A stretch of DNA of 64,000 nucleotides, from assembly GCA_963668025.2 (NCBI GenBank), contig CAXXTH010000010.1, forward strand, positions 544,001 through 608,000. The letters run 5' to 3'. Source of the stretch: Candidatus Hydrogenedentota bacterium (lineage in GTDB: Bacteria > Hydrogenedentota > Hydrogenedentia > Hydrogenedentales > SLHB01). Positions 18,276 to 27,383 of this stretch are shown here, piece after piece (position 1 is the stretch's first letter; every line of letters starts with the position of its first letter). The position numbers and the translations under genes were made by a program. Below the pieces are notes generated by a model. That model did not search any database, was not told where the DNA came from, and worked only from the letters and a program-made list of their open reading frames with translations.

Positions 18276-21200
18276 TTATTCCATGAGGCCCTTGGCCGCA
18301 AGGGCATCCCAGTCCACGTTATCAAAAGCGTCGGTAAGATCATGGATCAGGGCATCAAGCCCAACCACTTGCCCGCTGGCTTCATCCATTCGCCCCTCCT
18401 TTGCCGCTAACTCGACCTTCTGAGCGGCTTCGCGCAGGCGTTCCGCGCACACGGTCGCGGCTTGGCCCTTGATGGTATGGGCATGCAGCGCCACGGCGGA
18501 TGAATCTCCTGTCTCAAGCGCGGCAATCAGCCGCTGGAATTGAAGGGGCATATCTTGCGCCATGAGGCTCGATAGCTTTCGGAGCCGCTGCACATTGCCT
18601 CCAACAATATCGAGCGCTTTATCTAAATCAAGCGGATAAGGTATCACGGGCACGAGTATCGGCGGGGCGTCCTGCTCGATGGGCATTTCTTCTCCCATGG
18701 ATGAAAAATCTGGCGTGTTAGATCTCCGCCCGCCCCGAATGGATGCGAAAAGCGGTTTGGTATCTGGTTTTCCAAACACAATACTGGCGCCAGCTTCGCG
18801 TATCTCATTAACTATAGGATCCTCACGGGACAAAGCAGTCCACACAATCACTCGAGTACGCGCATAACGGGTTTGGCTGCGAACAAAACGGACAAATGCG
18901 GGGCCGTCCAGTCCAGGTACGCGGGCTTCCATGACAACCAGTTCGGGAAGGAAACTGCCGAGAAATACCTGGGCTTCGAGCGCATTCTGGGCGATTCGGG
19001 GATTGGATTGCGGCAGATTCTGCCGAACCTGCCCCATTAGTAAGCTTGCAATCTCCGAATTTTCTTCGATGATCAGCAGCCGGGCCATGTCGGCAACGGG
19101 TGCGGCGTTGATTTGCGCATTCACATACTTGCGGAGCATCTCGGTCACGCCCGCTATCCGGATAGGTTTTCCCAAATAATCATCCATTCCCGCCTCGATG
19201 CATTTTTCCCGATCACCTTGCATGACATTGGCGGTCATGGCCACGATGGGCACGCGGCGCACGGGCACATTCTCAAGAAGCAAGCGCTGCTCATACTCGC
19301 GTATCTGGCGGCAGGCGGTGAGGCCATCCATTTCCGGCATTTGGACATCCATGAAAATGAGGGCGTATTCGCCATTTTGGCGCATTTCAACCGCTTCCAG
19401 GCCATTCGCCGCGCAATCCACGCTGCATCCGGCTTCATGCAAAATCTCGCGCGCCACGAGGCGGTTTACTTCATTATCTTCCGCTAAAAGCACATTCGGC
19501 GAGCTGAAGCTGTCCCCCTCTGTTTTCTCATTAAGCTTCGTGGCGGATTCGCCCTCGATACGGATATCCTGCTTCCCTTCGGGCGGCGTTTCCTTAAACA
19601 GCGGCAATTGCTTGCCTTGCCGGTACATGTGCCAGAGCCGGGACATCGTGTCATATAGCCGGGATGGAGTCACCGGCTTGACAAGGCACTCGGCTACCCC
19701 GATATCAGCCATTTGTCGGGTATCCGACAAACGGCTCATGCTGGTCAGTAACACTAAGAACGAATGCTTTGCCGCGGGTTCGCTGCGCAAGGCTCGAGCT
19801 ACCTGCTCCCCATCCATGTCCGATGTATGGTGGTCAATGAGAATCAACCAATTTGGTTCATGGCGGTTAAAGGCTTCACGGATTTCCTCGATGGCGTGCT
19901 GGCCGGAATCAAAGGCCTGGCTGCGCATGCCCCATGATTCGATCTGCTCACTCAAAATGCTCTGGGAGATGGCATTCGAGCCGACAATTACCACCCATGA
20001 GCCCCGCATGTCCGCCACTAGAGAGCTGCGCGCCACTGGACCGCGCTCCGTGTCTTGCATGCGCCTATCAATCGGCAGCCGGAGGGTGAACGTAAATGCG
20101 GAGCCTTCGCCTATGCGGCTCTTCACACTGAGTTCCCCGCCCATGTTTTCCACGAGGCGCCTGCTGATGGCAAGCCCGAGGCCAGTGCCCCCGTACCGGC
20201 GCGTGATGGAGCCATCTGCTTGCGTGAAAAACTCAAATATGCGGTCCAGCTTGTCTTCCGCCATGCCAATGCCTGTATCCACGACGCTAAGCCGCATCAA
20301 GCAGGTGTTGTTTTGCGTTTCTTCTGGCTGTTCGATACAGCCCACATCCAGCAGAATATAGCCTTTTTCGGTGAATTTGACGGCGTTTCCGATGAGGTTA
20401 GTAAGAACCTGCCGCACACGCCCGACATCTCCCAGGAAAAAGCGCGGCGCATGCGGGGCGTACCGCGTGATCAATTCCAGCCCTCTGTTCTCCACGCCAA
20501 CGGAAAAAAGCTGCGCCACGCTGGAGACCGCGGCTTCTAGATCAAAGGGAGCGCATTCGAGCGGGGCTTTGCCTGCCTCGAGTTTTGAATAATCCAGCAC
20601 ATCGTTAATGATGCTCACGAGTGCTTCACCCGAGCGCACCATCGTTTCCGTATATGTACGCTGCTCTTCCGTCAAATCCGTTCGCAAGAGCAACTCCGCC
20701 ATGCCCAGCACCCCATTCATGGGCGTGCGGATTTCATGGCTCATATTGGCCAGGAAATCTCCTTTGGCGCGGGCAGCCGATTCGGCGCGCTCCTTTTCAA
20801 GCTGCAAGGCCGCTTCGACCGCCTTGCGTTCCGTAATGTCGCGGGCGGTGGCCAGAATCAAGCACCGGCCCGCCGTCTCGACCGTGCTTAATAAAATCTC
20901 GATGGGGAACTCATGGCCGTCTTTATGCTTGAATACCGCTTCCGCCCGCCCATATTGATCCGAAAACCCACTCGATACCGTCTGCGACGGCCAAGAGGGC
21001 TCCACGACCAAGCAGGTCCACAGTCCCATTGGCCCCATGGCCAAGATCTCATCACAAGAAAAGCCGGTCAAAACAGATGCCGTAGCATTAGTATCTAAAA
21101 AGCAGAGCGCCTCGATGTCGATGATAAAGACCGCATCCGCGGAATTGTCCAAAGCCGAACGGAACCGCATGAGCGCTTCTTCCGCAGCCAGGCGGGAAGT

Positions 21201-22835
21201 GATATCCATCATGGTGAGTAAAATATAGGTTTGGCCGGAGCGTTCGAGCACGGCCCCTTGCACCGACACGGGCGCTTCACTGCCGTCCTTACGCAGCAAT
21301 GAGGTCTCATATCCTGCGGAGCTGCCGCTACGAAGCAGATCCTCGAGCCGGGCGCATTGGGCATCCCGCATATCTTTGGGCGAAAAATCCCACAAGCATT
21401 GCAAGAGCACCGTCTGCACACTGCGGCCGGTTATCCGGGCGAAAGCCTCATTCACATCCACAAAGCGGCCATCCGGCAGCACAAGCGCCATTCCTACGGG
21501 AGAGTTGGCAAAAAGGCTGCGGCTGTATTGCTCGCTTTCTCGAAGCGATTCTTCCACTTGTTTGCGCTGGGTGGCGTCGAGCAGCATATTCAGACGGCCA
21601 AGGCGGCCATCCGGCAGCGGCAAGGGAGAGCTAGACGCATAAAACCACAGGCATGTTTTGGGATCACAAAACTCCCAGCGCGCCGTCTCATCCGGCGGCA
21701 AATCGCAAAACGAACCGGATGCTTGCATCATCACATCACAGGGGAAAATATCTACAATATCAAGCCCGGAGGTATTCCTGCCTGCATATTCATTGAACAA
21801 GGCGTTGGCGTATTCCACGCGGTTTGCGTCATCCGTTACAAACATAAAGCCATCAAAAGAGTCAAACATCGCCCTCAAACGCAAATCGAACTCCTCTTTT
21901 TGGCGGGATTCCATGCGCTCCGCCGAGATGTCGCGGCTAATCGATGAAAGCCCAATGATAATCCCGCCAGGATCGCGGATAGGCGAAACCCTCGTGTTGA
22001 CCTCGATTCGCACGCCATCCTTGCGCACCCGTACCGATTCGCGGCTCACCGCTTTTCCAAGCCGGCACACCTCATCGAACAAGATGCATAGCTCTTCCCG
22101 GCGCTCTTCCGGATATATCATCGCGACAGGCTGGCCGATGATCTCAGAAGCGGCGTATCCATAAATCCGCACCGCGCCGGCATTCCATTTGATGACCGTG
22201 CCCTCGGGCGAGCATCCTATAACGGCATCATCGGTAGATTCGATGAGAAACTCGATCTGGCGCGCATCTTCTTCCGCCTGCCGCGCATCCGTCACATCAA
22301 TCAGCGCCGCCAACACAAGGCGGGGCTCCATTTCGAGTGCGGGAAACAAGGCGCATTCCGCATGCGCCCAGCGGTTATGCTGGTTTCGCAGGGAGATCTC
22401 GAGATCACAAGCCGCCCGCTCACTGCCTCCGAGCACATCCCGGATGCATTGGCCTAGCAATTCTCGGCTTGGTTCCGTCAGGAATGTATAGACAGACCGC
22501 CCCTTGATGTGGGAACGTTCGATGCCCAGCATGCTCGATAGCGCTAGATTGGCCTCGGAAATGATGCCATCATGATCCGCGGAGAGGCACGCCACGGGCG
22601 CTAAATCGAACAGCTCATAATATCGATTCCGGGAAACCTCGAGTTCCGTACGCGATAAGCAAAGCTCCTCATTTTGGATCTCGAGTTCGGTTTGATAAAT
22701 GCGGAGTTCTTCGATTAATTCATCCGCGGATGCATAACACTCTTCATCGGGCCTCGCTTGACTCTGCGAGAGCATTTCTCTAGCTTTTTGGCGGAGTTCT
22801 TCCTCATGTGGTTCGCGTTTTGCACTGTCTGACAT
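18276..22835 (-). CDS. Hybrid sensor histidine kinase (multiple PAS, HisKA/HATPase, three receivers, Hpt)
   Basis: FLANMSHEIRTPMNG, NLIGNAVKFT, DTGIG, GGTGLGL, FMDVQMPEMDG and Hpt HAHTIKG. Start at 22835 inferred from the GGAG RBS. Confidence 0.93.
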   Translation of the reverse strand: MSDSAKREPHEEELRQKAREMLSQSQARPDEECYASADELIEELRIYQTELEIQNEELCLSRTELEVSRNRYYELFDLAPVACLSADHDGIISEANLALSSMLGIERSHIKGRSVYTFLTEPSRELLGQCIRDVLGGSERAACDLEISLRNQHNRWAHAECALFPALEMEPRLVLAALIDVTDARQAEEDARQIEFLIESTDDAVIGCSPEGTVIKWNAGAVRIYGYAASEIIGQPVAMIYPEERREELCILFDEVCRLGKAVSRESVRVRKDGVRIEVNTRVSPIRDPGGIIIGLSSISRDISAERMESRQKEEFDLRLRAMFDSFDGFMFVTDDANRVEYANALFNEYAGRNTSGLDIVDIFPCDVMMQASGSFCDLPPDETARWEFCDPKTCLWFYASSSPLPLPDGRLGRLNMLLDATQRKQVEESLRESEQYSRSLFANSPVGMALVLPDGRFVDVNEAFARITGRSVQTVLLQCLWDFSPKDMRDAQCARLEDLLRSGSSAGYETSLLRKDGSEAPVSVQGAVLERSGQTYILLTMMDITSRLAAEEALMRFRSALDNSADAVFIIDIEALCFLDTNATASVLTGFSCDEILAMGPMGLWTCLVVEPSWPSQTVSSGFSDQYGRAEAVFKHKDGHEFPIEILLSTVETAGRCLILATARDITERKAVEAALQLEKERAESAARAKGDFLANMSHEIRTPMNGVLGMAELLLRTDLTEEQRTYTETMVRSGEALVSIINDVLDYSKLEAGKAPLECAPFDLEAAVSSVAQLFSVGVENRGLELITRYAPHAPRFFLGDVGRVRQVLTNLIGNAVKFTEKGYILLDVGCIEQPEETQNNTCLMRLSVVDTGIGMAEDKLDRIFEFFTQADGSITRRYGGTGLGLAISRRLVENMGGELSVKSRIGEGSAFTFTLRLPIDRRMQDTERGPVARSSLVADMRGSWVVIVGSNAISQSILSEQIESWGMRSQAFDSGQHAIEEIREAFNRHEPNWLILIDHHTSDMDGEQVARALRSEPAAKHSFLVLLTSMSRLSDTRQMADIGVAECLVKPVTPSRLYDTMSRLWHMYRQGKQLPLFKETPPEGKQDIRIEGESATKLNEKTEGDSFSSPNVLLAEDNEVNRLVAREILHEAGCSVDCAANGLEAVEMRQNGEYALIFMDVQMPEMDGLTACRQIREYEQRLLLENVPVRRVPIVAMTANVMQGDREKCIEAGMDDYLGKPIRIAGVTEMLRKYVNAQINAAPVADMARLLIIEENSEIASLLMGQVRQNLPQSNPRIAQNALEAQVFLGSFLPELVVMEARVPGLDGPAFVRFVRSQTRYARTRVIVWTALSREDPIVNEIREAGASIVFGKPDTKPLFASIRGGRRSNTPDFSSMGEEMPIEQDAPPILVPVIPYPLDLDKALDIVGGNVQRLRKLSSLMAQDMPLQFQRLIAALETGDSSAVALHAHTIKGQAATVCAERLREAAQKVELAAKEGRMDEASGQVVGLDALIHDLTDAFDNVDWDALAAKGLME

Positions 22836-22994
22836 ACTCACCCTCTCCACAGCATGTCTCTCATGGCGCACCATTGGCGATTTTTGCCGCAATACCCATT
22901 GCGGCAAGCCAGACTATGTATCAGACGCCACGCAGTATTCTACGCTAAACCAGTATTCTTCGCATCATAAAACGAATACCCAGAAAAATAGCCT

Positions 22995-25853
22995 CTATAA
23001 CACCTCAAATTCGATTGTAGAGATAGCATAGGACTGCACGGTGAATGTTAGCATGTGCGGGGAATCCAACGAAAGCTCCTCCACTCGCTGTTCATTCAAA
23101 TCCGTCCGCCATGCGCGGGCCACTGGGGTGTGGAAACGAATACGCCCTTGAAGCGTGTCATGGGTGGGATTATATACGCGCAACACATAGGAACGGGCCG
23201 GAACGCCATTCGTGGGCTGCGCTTTCTTGAGGGCGGAAAAACGCAACTCAGGCGTCTCAATCACAAATAAAGAACCTTGCTTCGCGGGAAAGACGCCTTC
23301 ATGGGCTCGAGTTTGCACAAGCCGCACGGGCGCATTGAACCGTTCGGCAGCCAATGGCGCTTGCGCCGCCCGCCAATCGCCCTCATGCGGATATAAGGCG
23401 TACCGGATCTCATGGCCGCCCAGGCATTGCCCGCCTTTTTGAGAGGGGAAGCTGGAGGAGCAGCGCATTTCCGTGCAGATCCAATTGCGCATGGAACGCA
23501 ACAAGGATAACGCCACGGTCCGTTCGGCGTTGTCCTCCACCTCGTATTCGGTGAGGCTATCGTTCAGGAAGGCGATACCCATTTCACCATCGCTTACATC
23601 CACGAAATTATTCTGGGGCAATGTCGCCATATCGGGCCACACGATATCCGGCGATGGACCTTGGGGCCGGATGGGCCGCCGGTCCACGATAAAATGGCCG
23701 CCCGCATCGGCGTACATGGCTTTCGAGAGATGCGTGGGGAACATGGCCCGGAGATAATGGTCTTCATGGCGGTTCTCGAATGTCACCCGGACATCCACTT
23801 GGCGTTGCCCCGCGTGCAGGGTCACAGCAGTGCGAATGGTGAGTGCTTCGAGCGCATCACCCCGGCGCTGCTGCTCACGGATGCCCCGGGCCGGGAGCCG
23901 CATCGTGATTTCGCTGAGCAAAGTGGCCTGCAAGGGGCCAGATTCCTCGGTCCAAATCCGCGCCGAACAGCCCAGGCTCGTATGGACTTGATCAAACATG
24001 GGCTTTTCGTTGATCCAATAGTCGCCATGCTCGCCCCGGTCTTCATAATAATTGAGCGAGGGGAAAGTATGGCCCAGGGATTTGTCCGTAAGATCGAATG
24101 TGCCATTGAGATTCATCACGACGCGCAGGTATTCGTTCTCGATGGTATGCGGATTCGTCCGCAAGGTGTTGGTGCGTTCATGCAGGTCGGACCAGGCGGC
24201 CGCCTTGCCCCGGTCTTCGGCGGGCTTTCCAGCACGAAACAGCTTATAGCCACACGCGGGCACCTCGCCCGTATCGAAATACACCAAATGCCGCTGGCAG
24301 GCAAGTGGCAGCGCGCGGGTATGAATCTCGGTGACACAATACGTCTCCTTGCTCATCCCTTGCCATTGCGTACCCACCGGCTGGCCATCCGCGTCATACA
24401 TCTGGATACGGTCGCCCGTGGAGCCCCACATGGCGGCGCTTTCGTGCTTGCATGGCATATTGACGAAGGCTTCCACAATCTCCCGGCGGGGATACGGCAG
24501 CGGATTCACGACCATGATGAGGACATCGCCATCGTCGAAGTTGCTCATATCCACCCGCTTAACGAGTTCTTGCATGGCGCGGTTGCCCAGCACTTCCGAC
24601 AGCTCGATCACCTGGTCCAGACGGTATAAGACATCCCGCACGAGCTTGTCTTGGGTGACACCGTTAATCGAGTCATGCGGATGCGATTCGAGCAGGAATT
24701 GCCACGCTTTTTCGAGCAAGGCGTCCTGCCCTGGCGCTCCCGCCATTTCCAGCAACATCGTCAACGGCTCCGCATACCGGATCAACAGGTTCTGCGCCTG
24801 CTTGTTCATGCGCTTGATATACAGGCGCGTCGCAAGGGCATTGGCCGTGGCCGCGCTCGCGGGACCATCCCGCAGTTCGCCCTCGACCACCGTGAGCGCC
24901 GAACGGTCCAGCTTCTCTTTCATGAGCTGGACGTATTCGGCCATGCCCGTGTGAATCCATTCATGTTCGGGATCCACTTCATTGAGCCGGGCCACCATCT
25001 CGGGAAACAGGGGCTGAGCCGAAGTGTAATCGCAGCCATTCATCATCAACCGGTCATCCGCCAGGAGGCTGTCGTCCATGGTGCGCCAGTTGAGCTCCGC
25101 CATCTCTTTGGTGACGATTTCCGGATGCCATGTGGCGGGCGGATCAAGCCGGGCGTGATCCTGCTCCATCTGCCCTCGGTCGGCGCGGTGATAGGCAATT
25201 CCACCGTTGGCCCAGTCATACGCCCACTGGCCGCCCATATGGTCAACGCCCCACAGCGCCGAAAGGTGCATATAAAAATAGAAATTGTGCCGTCCCGCCG
25301 GGCCAAACCGCGTACACAAGAGTTCCGAGCCATCGGGACCGCGCCAGATAAATTCGGCATTCGGAGCGCGGCGGACAGGGTCCACCCGTTTGCCCACCAT
25401 GGCCACATCCATTCCAAAACCTGCATAGATCTGCGGCAATTGGGCCGTCTGGCCCCAGCCAAACGAGGTGTAGCCCAACAAGGTTGCGCCTCCCAAGGCC
25501 TCCGCTTTGCGGCAGCCCCATAACAAGTTTCGTACCAAACACTCGCCATCCACGGGATATTCATCCGGCAAGGTGTACCATGGCCCGATGAGCAGCTTGC
25601 CGCTCTTCACCAGCGCATCGAGCCGCTCCGCCATCTCGGGGCGGACTTCCAGATAATCCAATAGCGGAATGACTTGGCCATCCAGCAGAAAACTGGGATA
25701 TTTCCCCGATTCGAGCACATCGATGAGTTCGTCCATGAACGCCACCAGCATCAAGCGCGTCTCCCAAATCGGATACCGCCATTCGCGGTCCCAATGGGTG
25801 TGAGAGACAATATGGGCGGCAGGTTTCCGGCTGGATTCAGGCTGTGTATGCAT
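22995..25853 (-). CDS. GH38 alpha-mannosidase / mannosylglycerate-hydrolase-like protein
   Basis: HIVSHTHWDREW, LLDGQ, IGPWYTLPDE and HPHDSING. Start at 25853 inferred from the GGAG RBS. Confidence 0.9.
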   Translation of the reverse strand: MHTQPESSRKPAAHIVSHTHWDREWRYPIWETRLMLVAFMDELIDVLESGKYPSFLLDGQVIPLLDYLEVRPEMAERLDALVKSGKLLIGPWYTLPDEYPVDGECLVRNLLWGCRKAEALGGATLLGYTSFGWGQTAQLPQIYAGFGMDVAMVGKRVDPVRRAPNAEFIWRGPDGSELLCTRFGPAGRHNFYFYMHLSALWGVDHMGGQWAYDWANGGIAYHRADRGQMEQDHARLDPPATWHPEIVTKEMAELNWRTMDDSLLADDRLMMNGCDYTSAQPLFPEMVARLNEVDPEHEWIHTGMAEYVQLMKEKLDRSALTVVEGELRDGPASAATANALATRLYIKRMNKQAQNLLIRYAEPLTMLLEMAGAPGQDALLEKAWQFLLESHPHDSINGVTQDKLVRDVLYRLDQVIELSEVLGNRAMQELVKRVDMSNFDDGDVLIMVVNPLPYPRREIVEAFVNMPCKHESAAMWGSTGDRIQMYDADGQPVGTQWQGMSKETYCVTEIHTRALPLACQRHLVYFDTGEVPACGYKLFRAGKPAEDRGKAAAWSDLHERTNTLRTNPHTIENEYLRVVMNLNGTFDLTDKSLGHTFPSLNYYEDRGEHGDYWINEKPMFDQVHTSLGCSARIWTEESGPLQATLLSEITMRLPARGIREQQRRGDALEALTIRTAVTLHAGQRQVDVRVTFENRHEDHYLRAMFPTHLSKAMYADAGGHFIVDRRPIRPQGPSPDIVWPDMATLPQNNFVDVSDGEMGIAFLNDSLTEYEVEDNAERTVALSLLRSMRNWICTEMRCSSSFPSQKGGQCLGGHEIRYALYPHEGDWRAAQAPLAAERFNAPVRLVQTRAHEGVFPAKQGSLFVIETPELRFSALKKAQPTNGVPARSYVLRVYNPTHDTLQGRIRFHTPVARAWRTDLNEQRVEELSLDSPHMLTFTVQSYAISTIEFEVL

Positions 25854-26066
25854 GTGGGAATGCTCCATGTGTTTTCGGGGCAAACCGCCCGCCGATTTGA
25901 TTCCTATACATGCGGCCAAGGCTTGTACAAAACCTTAAGCGCAACACCAGAAGCATAGCAAAATTTGCATCATAAATGCGAATATTATCAGGCAAATATT
26001 TGCACGTGGAGCCATTATATGAGGCCATACGCCATAAAAAGCGCAGCAGAGGTCTTGCTTTATCTA

Positions 26067-26232
26067 ACCGCGAATAGACGCGAATGAACGCGAATGAATC
26101 AGCTCGAGGTTTTCATGGCATTGTGGTTTTGCCATTCGGATATAGGATGTGCAGAGATATTTCTGGCGTCCGTTTTCTAGCCATATTTGCGTCTTAGCGG
26201 CTTTGCGTAAAATAAGAGTCAAGATAAACCTT
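26067..26232 (+). repeat. 166-bp dispersed intergenic repeat, copy 1
   Basis: Aligns end to end with 49976-50141. The first 35 bp are identical (ACCGCGAATAGACGCGAATGAACGCGAATGAATCA). Confidence 0.85.
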
Positions 26233-26373
26233 CTGACGTGGGCGCTGTCCACCACCCAATGGAACATCATGAATCTGGCGTTTTTCGCGCCCTATAAACC
26301 ATTGCAATAACGTTACTTGCGACTGAAGTCGAAAAATTTTCTTGTTCTTTTGTAGAAGCTGGAGCGTGAGGTG

Positions 26374-27345
26374 CTAGTCGCCCAAGCCTAAGCTTTGGTA
26401 TACCTCATCGACGATTTCCGCGCTCCGGAGCAAGGCGGAGCGTTCATTCGCGGATAGATCAAGCTCGAAATGGGTATGCGCGCCGTGCCGGCTCACGAGC
26501 GTGGGTATCGACAGGCAGACATTTTGCAGGCGGTAGCTGCCTTCCATGCGCCTGCTCAGCGTCAGAACGGAGTCTTGCGAAAGAGACAAGCATTCCGCGA
26601 TGCGCACTGTCGCAAGGCCGATGGCGAAATGCGTAGCGCCTTTCCGTTCGATGATGCGGTAGGCGGCCTGCCGCACATCCTGCTCGATGCGCTCGGCCAC
26701 TTCGGGTGTAAGCGAGAGGTCACGCTGCTCGGCATATTCCGAGATATGGAAGGGGCCAATCATGGCGCGGCTCCATACAAGCACTTCGCTATCGCCGTGC
26801 TCGCCAATGACATAGGTATGCACATGGCGCGGGAGAATATTAAAAAACTGGCTGATGAGATTGCGGAACCGGGCCGTATCGAGCACTGTCCCTGAACCAA
26901 ATACTTGCCTTGCAGGCAAGCCCGAGAGCTTCAACGCCACGCGTGTCATCACATCCACCGGATTGGTGACGATCATGAAGGCGGCATCTGGATTCCGTTC
27001 GGACAGGAGCGGGAAAAATCCTGAGTAGATGCGGGTGTTGCGCTGGACCAGATCGAGGCGCGATTCGCCGGGCTTTTGCGCGGCTCCCGCCGTGATGATG
27101 ATCAGGCCGCACTGTTCGACTTCATCCAAATCCGCGACGGAGAGTTTGGCGTGCTCCGTGAAAGGCAGGCAGTGTTGCAAATCCATCATCTCGCCTTCGG
27201 CGCGGCGGCGATCGAGATCGACCAGCACAATCTCTGAGGCGGAACCGGCTTGCAGCATGGCATAGGCCGTGGTAGCGCCCACCGCGCCTACGCCGATGAT
27301 GGCCACCTTGTCAATGTGAAATAAGTGTGCTTCCACTTGGCTCAT
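26374..27345 (-). CDS. ldh: L-lactate dehydrogenase
   Basis: GVGAVG Rossmann motif, TAGAAQKPGESRLDL, TNPVD, GSGTVLDTARFR and IGEHGDS. ATG at 27345 with GGAGGAG RBS. Confidence 0.92.
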   Translation of the reverse strand: MSQVEAHLFHIDKVAIIGVGAVGATTAYAMLQAGSASEIVLVDLDRRRAEGEMMDLQHCLPFTEHAKLSVADLDEVEQCGLIIITAGAAQKPGESRLDLVQRNTRIYSGFFPLLSERNPDAAFMIVTNPVDVMTRVALKLSGLPARQVFGSGTVLDTARFRNLISQFFNILPRHVHTYVIGEHGDSEVLVWSRAMIGPFHISEYAEQRDLSLTPEVAERIEQDVRQAAYRIIERKGATHFAIGLATVRIAECLSLSQDSVLTLSRRMEGSYRLQNVCLSIPTLVSRHGAHTHFELDLSANERSALLRSAEIVDEVYQSLGLGD

Positions 27346-27383
27346 GGGCGTCTCCTCCGGAAATAGCGGACATGCCGCGGTTC

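Noticed and set aside
26067-26101. Possible CRISPR mini-array
   Set aside because: Units are 10 nt and contiguous, with no spacers and no cas genes.
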